A DNA stretch of 32,641 bases from a virus (Duplodnaviria > Caudoviricetes), in IMG/VR virus record IMGVR_UViG_3300040985_000670, positions 1-32,641 of that record, one strand, 5' to 3'. A program made the translations under genes and the position numbers. Positions within the stretch are counted from its first letter, which is position 1. Each line of letters begins with the position of its first letter. The notes beneath the pieces are model-generated. The model saw only the letters and a list, made by a program, of their open reading frames with translations, was not told the origin of the DNA and made no database searches. Of this stretch, positions 8,571 to 18,800 are shown in pieces.

Positions 8571-10642
8571 GTAGAACGCAACAATATCAAGCGTCCTTTA
8601 CAGTCGGTGAACTGGACCCGTTGTTGCGCGGTCGCATCGACCTGCAGCAATACTATTCAAGCGTGGACCTCGCCGACAATGTTGTGTTCGAACCGCAAGG
8701 CGGGTTCTCTCGACGCCCAGGCACCCGGTTTGTGCATGACCTTACTGCCGACAACCCTAGCAACTCGGTGATGTTGATACCGTTTGAGTTTAGCACTACC
8801 CAGAAATTTATGATTGTGGCATCGGCGTACAATACAGCCAGCACTATCCGCTTTCGTTTCTTCGCAGACCAGACGCAAATAGAGAACCTCAACAGCACAA
8901 CAAACGAATACATAGATTTCGCGGTGGGCACCTTGTACGATGTGTCAGCCTTTGACCTCCAAAAGCTATACTTTACGCAAAGCGCGGACACGCTGATTTG
9001 TACGCATGAGAACTTTGCGCCCTTTAAGATTACGAGGGGCGCTAACAATCAGACTTGGACCGTTGCGGCATTGACCCTGACCAAGCCGCTCTCCGCTTTT
9101 ACCTTGTCCACTAGCAACCCATCGGCCACCATTACGCCTGATGCGGTAACTGGCGTGGTAACAGTAACCGCTGGTTCTGGCATCTTTTCATCTGGCAACG
9201 TCAACCAGTACATCAACGTGACAAATGATTTTGGCCGCGCCCGCATCTTTGAGTTTGTTAGCAGCACGGTTGTGCGCGTCATTACAGAAGTGCCCTTTGC
9301 TAAAGCCTCAACGGCCATTGCCAGCGGGTCATGGGAACTAGAAGCGGGCTATGAGGATTGCTGGAGTAATACACGCGGCTGGCCTAGAACGTGTACGTTC
9401 CACGAAGGGCGTTTGTACTTTGGCGGCAGTGCGTCAGAACCAGCCACGTTGTTCGGGTCGAAGGTAGTTGACTTCTTTAACTTCAAGGCCTCAGAGGCTT
9501 TGGATGACGATGCTATCAAAGTCACCTTGGCCACTGATAGCGTCAACGCCATTACCGCCCTGCGCTCTGGCCGTGACTTGCAGATATTCACCACCGGGGC
9601 CGAGTTCTTTGTGCCTCAAGCCGACCTCACACCAATCACGCCAAGCAACGTAACGGTCAAGTCTGCCACACGGCGCGGGTCCAAGCTAGGACTGCGTCCG
9701 CAAGCGGCTGAAGGCGGTACGCTGTTTATGTCCAAAGAGGGCAAGGCCCTGCGCGAGATGTTGTTCTCTGACGTTGAACTGTCCTACGTGGCCAACAACA
9801 TCAGCTTGCTTTGCAGTCACATGATACTGGACCCGCAACGCATGGCGCTTAGACCGGCTACAGATACCACTGAGGGCGATTTGCTAATGGTGGTCAATGG
9901 CTCCTCAACAACGGGCTATAGGGCGGCAAGCACTGGGTTTGCGGGCAATATTGCAGCGTTTATGCTGAACCGACCACAACAGATTGTGGCGCCTAGTACG
10001 TTTAGCACTGACGGTGATTTCATCGATGTCGCGGTTGATGGCGATACCATCTATTGCATCGTTAAAAGAACCATCGGTGGCGCGGCCAAATACTACATAG
10101 AAACATTTGACGATGACCGCACGACCGACTGCAGCTTGCAGTATTACGCCAACCCTGTTGCGCCTGACCAAGCATTGCCATCAAACACAACCGCAGGGTC
10201 TCTAAGCCATCTTGAGGGCGAGGTGGTCAACGTAATCCGCGATGACATTGTTGACGCCAACGACACGGTCGCATCAGGCAATGCCACATTGGGCGGCGTT
10301 CCGGCAAGCTATGCTGAGGTTGGTTTGCCTTTCACGCCTACGGTAACGACCCAGCCATTTGAGCCAAGGGCCGCATCTGGCTCTAGTCAGAGTACCCGGC
10401 GGCGGGTGGTCGAAGTTACACCAATACTGGACAGAGCGCAGAACCTGACGGTCCAAGGCAAAGAGGTGCAGCTTCAAACCCTGCCCTTGAGTGGCGCCGG
10501 TAGTGTGCCAACCTTCACCGGCCCAAAAAAACAAATGGGGTTTCTTGGCTATAGCCGTGATGCCCAGATAACAATTAGCCAGAGCAAGCCGGTGTTCTTC
10601 ACCGTCCTGGCCCTTGATTACAAAGTGAGTGTTGGCGCATGA
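8567..10642 (+). CDS. Tail tubular protein B (nozzle)
   Basis: 691 aa; SFTVGELDP, RRPGT, GWPRTCTFHEGRLYFGG motifs. Confidence 0.92.
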   Translation: MSRTQQYQASFTVGELDPLLRGRIDLQQYYSSVDLADNVVFEPQGGFSRRPGTRFVHDLTADNPSNSVMLIPFEFSTTQKFMIVASAYNTASTIRFRFFADQTQIENLNSTTNEYIDFAVGTLYDVSAFDLQKLYFTQSADTLICTHENFAPFKITRGANNQTWTVAALTLTKPLSAFTLSTSNPSATITPDAVTGVVTVTAGSGIFSSGNVNQYINVTNDFGRARIFEFVSSTVVRVITEVPFAKASTAIASGSWELEAGYEDCWSNTRGWPRTCTFHEGRLYFGGSASEPATLFGSKVVDFFNFKASEALDDDAIKVTLATDSVNAITALRSGRDLQIFTTGAEFFVPQADLTPITPSNVTVKSATRRGSKLGLRPQAAEGGTLFMSKEGKALREMLFSDVELSYVANNISLLCSHMILDPQRMALRPATDTTEGDLLMVVNGSSTTGYRAASTGFAGNIAAFMLNRPQQIVAPSTFSTDGDFIDVAVDGDTIYCIVKRTIGGAAKYYIETFDDDRTTDCSLQYYANPVAPDQALPSNTTAGSLSHLEGEVVNVIRDDIVDANDTVASGNATLGGVPASYAEVGLPFTPTVTTQPFEPRAASGSSQSTRRRVVEVTPILDRAQNLTVQGKEVQLQTLPLSGAGSVPTFTGPKKQMGFLGYSRDAQITISQSKPVFFTVLALDYKVSVGA

Positions 10643-11199
10643 GTGGTATGGAAATTGTGCTGTTGGGGGCACTTGCTGCCTCATCAGCGGCAGCGGGGTT
10701 TGCCAAGGTTAAGGCGGCCAAGTATCAACGCAACGCCTACTATTCGCAAGCGCGACAGGCTGAACTTAAAGGCCGTTCCGATGCCCTAGCCTACAAGCGC
10801 GAAGGCATAGACATTCTGAGAAACGTGCAGAAGACGATGGCCACGGCCAATGTCCGAGCCGCCGCCGGTGGCCTTGCGCCGTTTGTGTCGGGCGAAAGTG
10901 CGTCACTCATCAACATAGCAAGTCTGCGGGGGGCCGCTGACGAGTTCTCGGTGCAAACTGACAATGCCTCGCTGGCACAAAGCATGTCCCAAGCACAAGC
11001 CGACAATCTCCGCACTGCCGGTGACGTTGGCGTTAAAATGGCGCGGAAAAATGCCAAAATATCGTTTGTGCAAACAATGGTTCAAGGCGGTCTAATGACG
11101 GGTGGCGGTGGCGGTGGGTTCACCGGCAATAGTACGCAGAGCTTAGTTTCTGCGCCTGGCTATGGGCCGACGTATTACACCCAGCAGGTGCCATTATAA
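10639..11199 (+). CDS. Internal virion (ejection) protein, gp14-like
   Basis: Hydrophobic N-terminus, Ala/Gln-rich helix, position after the nozzle. Confidence 0.7.
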   Translation: MSGMEIVLLGALAASSAAAGFAKVKAAKYQRNAYYSQARQAELKGRSDALAYKREGIDILRNVQKTMATANVRAAAGGLAPFVSGESASLINIASLRGAADEFSVQTDNASLAQSMSQAQADNLRTAGDVGVKMARKNAKISFVQTMVQGGLMTGGGGGGFTGNSTQSLVSAPGYGPTYYTQQVPL

Positions 11200-11843
11200 T
11201 GGCTGAACGTCCCACATATCAGAGGCGAGGCGCACAACTGCGAATGCCGACCTTCCAAGATGCGGTGGGTCAGGTTGCGGCCAGAGGTGCGGCGCAAACC
11301 GGGCAAGCCCTAGACCGTATGACCCAGTTCTTTTTGCAACAAACTGAGCAACAAGCAGAAATTGCGGGCGCAGAATATGGTGCACTACACGCGCCCACTA
11401 AGAAACAAATTGAGGATGCGTACAAATCTGGCGGTGCAGTAGATATGCCCGGTGGCAATCTTACGGTGTTCGACCGTGCCGCCAAGCGGGCCGCATACAA
11501 TATGGCCAGCGACCAACTGGAAATGCTGACCCGCGAAAAAATATCAGAGATTGTGCTGGGCGCTTACCAAAGCAAAATACCGGCAGACGATTTGGCCGAG
11601 AGTATTGACGCAGTCATTGCTGGCTATGCGGGCACGTTCGACCAAGAGGCTCCAACGGTTGCGGTTCAGTTCCGCGCCAAAATGGGCATCTACGCTAACA
11701 ACGAGTTTGAGGCATACAGCAAATGGAAGATTGGTCAGAACGAGTCTAATTTCTTAGCAACTATTTTGGCCGCACATAAACAAGAAGACATGGGCAATAC
11801 TTTTGAAAATAGCCTGACCAGTACGCTGCCGGGGGGAAACTAA
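11199..11843 (+). CDS. Internal virion protein, N-terminal part (gp15-like position)
   Basis: Helical Ala/Gln-rich ORF, TAATG-coupled; ends in a G_GGA_AAC slippery site. Confidence 0.65.
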   Translation: MAERPTYQRRGAQLRMPTFQDAVGQVAARGAAQTGQALDRMTQFFLQQTEQQAEIAGAEYGALHAPTKKQIEDAYKSGGAVDMPGGNLTVFDRAAKRAAYNMASDQLEMLTREKISEIVLGAYQSKIPADDLAESIDAVIAGYAGTFDQEAPTVAVQFRAKMGIYANNEFEAYSKWKIGQNESNFLATILAAHKQEDMGNTFENSLTSTLPGGN

Positions 11844-13165
11844 TGGCTGAACAACCAAGCGCTATTAGACAATACGTTAAAAACGTAGAGGGCGAAATTA
11901 GAGGGGTTGGTAATTACCCTGCAGGACTACAAGAGCAATATGCGGAAGAGTTGGCCGCTGGAATAGATACCAATTATTATTATTACAATGACGGTAAAAG
12001 AAGTTCCGGTAAGCCTATAGTTAAGCCACAGCTAAGACCTATTCCAACATTTGTTGAGCTTGTGCAAATGGAGAAGCTAGAGAGGTTGCAGCAGTACGCC
12101 GGTGCGGGCATGACCGCCTCGCAAATGACAGCTGCGGCTAACAACTTTGACAACGTACGCAAAGAAAAAGCGTTAAAAGTACTGGTTGACCAAGCGTTCA
12201 CTGGAAAGGTCAGCGAGCTTGTGCCAACAATCCAAGCGGGCAATGTTGATAAACTACGCAACAATAACGGCTTGTATAATTCTGTAACGTACTTGCACAG
12301 TATTGGAATGCCTTACAGAGACATTGCTGCTGAGTTGCAACAGCGACAGATGGCAGAAATCAATTACCAAGAGGCGTTGGACAGAGATAACAGCGCAACC
12401 GCTGAAAAAAACGAAACACGGCTTACCGGCGATGCGACCCGCGCAATGCTTGCGGGTGATGACGGTGCTTTTGCCACGGCAGTCGAACAAATAGCTTTGA
12501 CAGACAGAAAAAAAGCAGCGGACTTGGAAAAGCAATATGCTGAAGCGGGCAACGACCGGCTGACCAGTGATTCAAAAGCCATAGACTTCTTAGACGGCAA
12601 GGGCATTCAATTGTCTTATGCAGATTTGTACGGCCAACTTCTTAATTTAAGCGATGCCGACAAAAAGAAATATTCGGATATTGTAAAAACATATGAGAGC
12701 GATGAGTTCACCGCCGCAAAAACAATTATTGCTGGCCAAATGAAAATATCAGTTCGCATACAAGACATGGCGGCTGATGATAAGAACCTAGCCCGTCATG
12801 GCATATTCAGACAAATTATAGGTGAACTACAATTGCGAAAGGTCATGGCCGCAAGAAATAATGAAAACTTTGACGCGATTGAAGTAGGCAACGCTCTGGT
12901 AAAACAAATGTTTACTGAGCATCAGGTTATAGAGTTCCAAGAAGACAAGAACTCGGCGCGGAGCATTTTAGGCGCAGTAAATGTCAACGAACTAAAGGGC
13001 ACTGACAACCAACTTGACCCTAATGATTTTGCGGCGGCACAAACATATTTTGAAAGTGTTTTAACCAGCCTCAAAGATGGCAATAGGGTGGGACGGTTTA
13101 AACCAAACGACATCCAACTTGTTGAAATGTACATTAACGCAATGAAAAAGGCGCAGGGGCAATGA
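11843..13165 (+). CDS. Internal virion protein, C-terminal part (possible -1 frameshift fusion with the upstream ORF)
   Basis: 440-aa helical ORF in the -1 frame of the upstream gene. Confidence 0.65.
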   Translation: MAEQPSAIRQYVKNVEGEIRGVGNYPAGLQEQYAEELAAGIDTNYYYYNDGKRSSGKPIVKPQLRPIPTFVELVQMEKLERLQQYAGAGMTASQMTAAANNFDNVRKEKALKVLVDQAFTGKVSELVPTIQAGNVDKLRNNNGLYNSVTYLHSIGMPYRDIAAELQQRQMAEINYQEALDRDNSATAEKNETRLTGDATRAMLAGDDGAFATAVEQIALTDRKKAADLEKQYAEAGNDRLTSDSKAIDFLDGKGIQLSYADLYGQLLNLSDADKKKYSDIVKTYESDEFTAAKTIIAGQMKISVRIQDMAADDKNLARHGIFRQIIGELQLRKVMAARNNENFDAIEVGNALVKQMFTEHQVIEFQEDKNSARSILGAVNVNELKGTDNQLDPNDFAAAQTYFESVLTSLKDGNRVGRFKPNDIQLVEMYINAMKKAQGQ

Positions 13166-15813
13166 GCGAACTATTCACTGCCCGCGAACAGTCACACGCG
13201 ACTAGGCAGCAAGTGGGCCACAAGGTCTATATCACCGGCAAGGGCGCATCCTACACCCCGCCACCGCCACCGCCCTCATTCAAGTATCAACTTAGCCGTG
13301 GCATTGTTAGCGGGCTGCGAGGTGCGGCGCAAGGTGCAATTGACATACGCAATGAGGTGGCCAGCATTCTTGAGCCATTTGCCGAGGCAATACCGACCGA
13401 GGCGCGTGACGCAATCATTACTAGCCTCATGGGATTTACTACGCCCCGCTATGATAACAGCGTCCAAGAGGTGCCTAGCTTGCCAGAAGTTGACACCACA
13501 GATGCGAGCATTGCTGAGAGTTTGTTAAGCGGGCTGGTGCAGTTCGGTGCGGGTGCCGCCGCTGCGCCAATTAAAGGGGCGGGCATGGTCGCACAAATGG
13601 GGCGCGGTGCTGTTGCCGATGCTTTGTTTGACCCCGAAGATGGCAACTTTTCCACGATGCTTAAACAGTTCGGTTTAGACAATGCCGTTCTTGATTTCTT
13701 AGACAGCCAGGTTGACGGTGACGCTGGGGCCGAGGAACGGTTGAAAGCCCGCGTGATGCAATCACTTGAAGGCGCTGGTCTAGGCGCACTGGTTGACGGT
13801 GCGCTAGGCGCACTGGTTGACGGTGCAATGGCTGGGTTTCGTGCCATACGGTCAGATGAGGGGCTAGTTGAAACAGTACGGCAATCGCTGGCTGAGACCG
13901 GCGCAAAAGCCAAGGCGGCGTTTGACGCTATTCCAGTAGATAGCAACACGATGTACAGCAACCCGGTCGGTGTGGTGGCTGATGCTGTTGGCAAGATGGG
14001 GAGCAATGCAAGCGAAACGATTGCAGTGCGGTCAGAAGGTGGCTTGCCAATCGCTCAAGAAAAAGGCGATAATAATCTTCGGCTGCATTTGATGCGCTTA
14101 GAAAAAATGAACAATAGTGGCGCTGTTTACCCTGGCGGGCCAAAAAACCCGCGCACCGTAATACAAGCGCCAAAAGGTACAGACCTTCCAGATATCGTTG
14201 TCGGTAATATTACTCCAGACGATTGGCAGACGCGCATCGAAAAAAGCATGTCTACAGAAGAAATACAAAAAGCTGCAAACTGGTACAAAGTAGTATTTGG
14301 CGAGTTCCAGAAACAAGCTAATGGAGACCCAAAGGAAATTGCAAGGTTGACTGATGCATGGTTTTCTGGGCAACAAAATTCATCACCAGGTCAAACACTC
14401 AATGATGTTTTGTTTGTTTTTGAGCAAATTAAACGTGGTGTACCCAAAGAGGAATTGAGGGGCAAAGGCCTGCCGTCAGCGAACCGCATTGTCATTGACA
14501 TCTTAACAAGTTCGAAAATTGAGGGTGGTGCTGGTCAAAAAATTGCGGACTTTCTTGACAGCGGTTATGGGAAAAATGTCAGGGCAATTATGGGGAACAA
14601 ACCAGAAGGCGGTTCTCCCTTTGTCGTGGACATCCACACTGCCCGCGATACCGGCTTGGTTGATGAGACATATAAAAACCACCTTACCCGTCTAGGTTAT
14701 GACGTTCCTGACGGTCTCATTGCAGACGTAGGCGGTGGTGGCATCAATGGCCCACAGTATGAAAACAGAGCATTATTTGGTCAGCAATTGACACAACATT
14801 TAAACAATCAGAAATGGATGGGTCGCTCAGATTGGGAAGCCGCTGAAATTCAGGCCATTGGTTGGATGCAACTGTCTGGCATGTACGGCAAGTCAAACAC
14901 TGGGGGAGATGTCGTTGACGCGTTTACTAGAAATACAAGGCGCATTTCAATGGAGATTGACCCCGGCGCTGGGTCACCCTTAGCGGAAAAATATGGTGCT
15001 GATTTTGGCGCACTCGACTTAGACGCACAGCGGTCTATCAATAATGAGGTCACAGCTAAGGCCATTGAACTTGTAAACAAGCAAACAGGCATCACGCTTG
15101 GCTCAAATGTTCACGGCACTGGCGGTTGGGAATTGTATCAAAACCCATCCACCGTACAACAGGCCATTGCATCTAAGGATACTGCGATTGAGGCTGCGGC
15201 CAGGTTAGGATATTTAATGCAGCAAACTGAGGTTTGGGTAAATGCGCCCAAAACAATGACCAAAAACCCAAAACATTTTTCCATTGATATTGTAGAAACA
15301 ACTGGGAAAAGCCTACGTGAGGGTAAGGCTCTGACTAATTTGTTTGATGCAATAATTGCTGAAGAACCTAACGAACTGTTTAGAGGTTACCAGCCGATAG
15401 AAATTGATGGAAAACCGGGCATTAGAATATTGATTACAGATGATGCCGTTAAAGCAAGCCCGCTCACAAAAGCAAAAGCAATGGCCTACATCCAAGAATT
15501 TTCAAATGGCAAACTTAGTGAAATAACTGACAGGTTGAACTTTGACGCAGAAATTGATATTATGGAAGCTGACTTGACTAGACTGCGTAATAATTGGGAA
15601 GAGGATAAGCAAGGTGGCGGTTACAAAAGTTACTTTAGTGGACAGCCCGGAAAAGATGCGGCCACAGAAGTCTCCATCGATGGAGTACTCAATACTGATG
15701 GGGCCGAACTTGAAAGGCTCTTCAGCCAACGCATCCGAGAAGCCCAAGGCCAAAGAGTTGTCAACAGCCAAATAGACTCATCAGCCTCCTCAAATAATGG
15801 AGGTAGCCAATGA
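13162..15813 (+). CDS. Internal virion/polyvalent protein with an embedded HhH-GPD glycosylase-like module
   Basis: Gly/Ala-rich N-terminal ~280 aa typical of ejection proteins, then WY...KIADF...VVDIHTARD...QAIGW motif series. Confidence 0.65.
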   Translation: MSELFTAREQSHATRQQVGHKVYITGKGASYTPPPPPPSFKYQLSRGIVSGLRGAAQGAIDIRNEVASILEPFAEAIPTEARDAIITSLMGFTTPRYDNSVQEVPSLPEVDTTDASIAESLLSGLVQFGAGAAAAPIKGAGMVAQMGRGAVADALFDPEDGNFSTMLKQFGLDNAVLDFLDSQVDGDAGAEERLKARVMQSLEGAGLGALVDGALGALVDGAMAGFRAIRSDEGLVETVRQSLAETGAKAKAAFDAIPVDSNTMYSNPVGVVADAVGKMGSNASETIAVRSEGGLPIAQEKGDNNLRLHLMRLEKMNNSGAVYPGGPKNPRTVIQAPKGTDLPDIVVGNITPDDWQTRIEKSMSTEEIQKAANWYKVVFGEFQKQANGDPKEIARLTDAWFSGQQNSSPGQTLNDVLFVFEQIKRGVPKEELRGKGLPSANRIVIDILTSSKIEGGAGQKIADFLDSGYGKNVRAIMGNKPEGGSPFVVDIHTARDTGLVDETYKNHLTRLGYDVPDGLIADVGGGGINGPQYENRALFGQQLTQHLNNQKWMGRSDWEAAEIQAIGWMQLSGMYGKSNTGGDVVDAFTRNTRRISMEIDPGAGSPLAEKYGADFGALDLDAQRSINNEVTAKAIELVNKQTGITLGSNVHGTGGWELYQNPSTVQQAIASKDTAIEAAARLGYLMQQTEVWVNAPKTMTKNPKHFSIDIVETTGKSLREGKALTNLFDAIIAEEPNELFRGYQPIEIDGKPGIRILITDDAVKASPLTKAKAMAYIQEFSNGKLSEITDRLNFDAEIDIMEADLTRLRNNWEEDKQGGGYKSYFSGQPGKDAATEVSIDGVLNTDGAELERLFSQRIREAQGQRVVNSQIDSSASSNNGGSQ
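13780..13826 (+). repeat. In-frame tandem duplication, 24-nt period (LGALVDGA x2)
   Basis: CTAGGCGCACTGGTTGACGGTGC is exact at 13780-13802 and 13804-13826. Confidence 0.95.
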
Positions 15814-18800
15814 GCGTAGCTGACAGCCCAATACTTCCCCAGCCAGAAGCGCAACCACAAATGGTTGACGCCGGTGTAGCCGGTGACATGACACCAGCAA
15901 CTGAGGTCGAGCCGCAAGGCGTTGAGGTCGCGGGTCCACTTAGGGACGCGATTGGCGCGGCGGTCGGTGCAGTAGTTAAGCCGATTGATGAGTTTGTGGG
16001 ACGCGCTGAAGAGCGAACATATGGGCCACAGTCTGATGTGCCTATGGAAGCCGGACCCGGTGGCAGTATTATTATTAAGCCGTTGCCTAATCAGGATCTG
16101 GAGACATTCAACAGAACTCTTAGCGAAGGCGGTTTTACGAGCGGCATTAACTTGGGCCGCATTGGCGAGATATTCGACCAGCTAGACGCAAATACGCAAG
16201 CGCGCATAGCCGGTGATGGCGGGTTCGACCTTGAGACAGTTCTAGACAACATCAAGCAAAACAATGTTGCTTTGTTCCAGCACTTGCGCCGTGACAAAAA
16301 AACAATGGACGAACTGGTAACGCTGGCAAATGCGACCGGCTTTGAAAACATCATGTTCAAGTTTCTCAACCGCAAGCCTGGCGAACTCGCACCCGCTGAG
16401 GACGTTCTAGCCGGAATGGTTGGCGTGGTTAAACTGAGCCAAGAACTGCAAGCCGGGGCAAGGTCCATTGTAAATGCAGCGGGTGACGATGCGCTTGAGG
16501 CAAACGAGTTTAAAAAGTGGAAACTGCTTCTCAGCCTGACAACTAACCTAGCGGCACAAGTGTCCGGCAATGTCAGCGAGGGCGGTCGAATGCTGGCCGT
16601 TGTGTCTAACGCATCTAGGCTAGATTTAAACGTGGGCGAGTACGCCGAGCAACTTGATAGAATGATTGGCGAGATGGACGATGGCTTGATACAGTATCAT
16701 GCCCAAGCGTTTCTAAGCATGGAGAACCCCGCCGCCCGTGCCAAGTATGCTGAGAAGGGGGTGCTGGCCAAGTCGTATGACTTCGCAATGGAGAATTACA
16801 TAAACGCTTTGCTTTCTGGTTTTCAAACCCATGCTGTTAATATCGCGGGCAATGTAGGCTTTCAAATACAGACCTTGGCCGAGCGAGGCGTGGCTGGCGT
16901 TATTGGTAACATTCGAACTGTTGGCGGGATGCGTGGCGAGATTGGTGACCAGGCTTACATGGGTGAAGCCACTGCCGAAGCCTTTGGTCTTATGATGGCA
17001 CAGCGTGATGCGTTGACACTCATGGCCAAGACTTTTGTCACCGGCGAAAGTTCGGACGTAATCAACAAAATTGACTTACGAACTCAGCGGGCACTCGGCA
17101 GCACTGACAATATGATTGACATCAAAAACTCACTGTTTGCCGGTGATTTCTCAAAGTCAGCTTGGGACACGTTGGGTATTGCCACCCGATTGTCGGGCCG
17201 TTTCTTAGCAACTGAAGACGAGTACTTTAAGGTCATCACACGCCGCCGGGTTTTATACCGTGAGGCTCACCGAGCGGGGCAGATGGCATATTCAAACGCA
17301 ATTAAAGCTGGGTTGCCACGCGGTGTTGGTTATCTTAGTGGCACATTTGCTTTGTCTGAGGGCGCTGTGCAAGCCAATACCGCTGTTTATGCGGCTCGAC
17401 AGGCATACACCAAAACAATGATGACCCCGCCTATTGCGGTTCAAAACATGATGACCGCCGAGGCCCGCAAGATGACATTTCAAGGACAGCCAGAAGGCTT
17501 CTTTGGCACGATGGGGCCAATGATTAACAACATCCCAGGGATGAAGGTAATCGCGCCTTTCTACAACACGCCGACCAATATCATCAATGAAGCATTCAAC
17601 CGCACCCTAAACTGGTCACCGATATACAAGGCGCTAAAGCAGAAGGTCACCGGCGAAGACCTCATTTCTGGCAAAGAGTTCGACCTAGCTGCAGCAAAAC
17701 TGGCTCTAGGCAATATGATTGCCTTAACAATGTATGGCTTGGCAAGTGGCGAGGACCAACCCGACAGGAACATAATTATTACCGGGTATCTGGATGGGAT
17801 TGAGGGAGTGATGGGCCTTGATGGCCTGGAATACAAAGTCACCGGCTCTATTGGCAACTCACTGGAAAGCCGGGCATCTATTGCAGCCGCTGCCGGTGTG
17901 CCACCTTATTCTATCGGTGTGTGGAATGACGAACTGCAAACCTATGAGTGGACTAGCTTCAGCCGCTTTGACCCGCTGTCGGCACTCTTGGCAATGGGCG
18001 CGGACATGGCTGAATATTCGCGGTACGGTGATGAGGCTGGCATGGTCGAACTCACAATGGCGTATTCGTTAGCCGTGGCAGAGTACGCAGAAAACATGCC
18101 GTTCCTGCAAGGCGTTTCTGAACTTTCAAATGCGGTGTTTAACCGAGGCGGGAGCCAAGAGAAAACCTTAGCGCGGATCTTGCACTGGGTAGGAAAAGAC
18201 TACGTTGGGAACCTTGCGACTAATGTTGCAGGCAATCTGGACCGCTCGACATTCGGCTTGCTGTCTTATGCTTCCAATACTCTATCCGGCGGCGAATATC
18301 CCTTGGTTTCTCAGACCTCATACCTGGCGCAAATGGAGCGGTTCAGGCATCCAACCCGGTCAAGCACTAAGCTGCCAGCCGGTGACATGCCTGGGACAGA
18401 TACGCGATACACAGAAGCGCCGGAATTTTGGCGCGGGTTTTATGAGGCATTACAAAAGGCTAAGGCGCGGAACCCGTTTTTCTCGCCAGAGCTTAAACCC
18501 GCTCTCAGCTTTTGGGGTGATGAAATGGTGGCCGGTAAAGGCACCCGCGCTGAAACATTCAATCCAATGCGAACTAGCCAGGGCGAACTTAGCCGACTAG
18601 ACGAGGAACTGATAAGATTGGTTGAGATTGGCGAGGGCCGGTTCGGCTTTCACCGCGACCGCATTGGTGAGTCCAAGCTAAACGCTGACCAGTTCGACAT
18701 GTTTGTCAAAACAATAAACACAATTGATGGAAGCGGTAACATGCCGGGTGATGATGGCTATGACGCCGCCGAGACATTGAAGCTGGCAATGAGAATGCAG

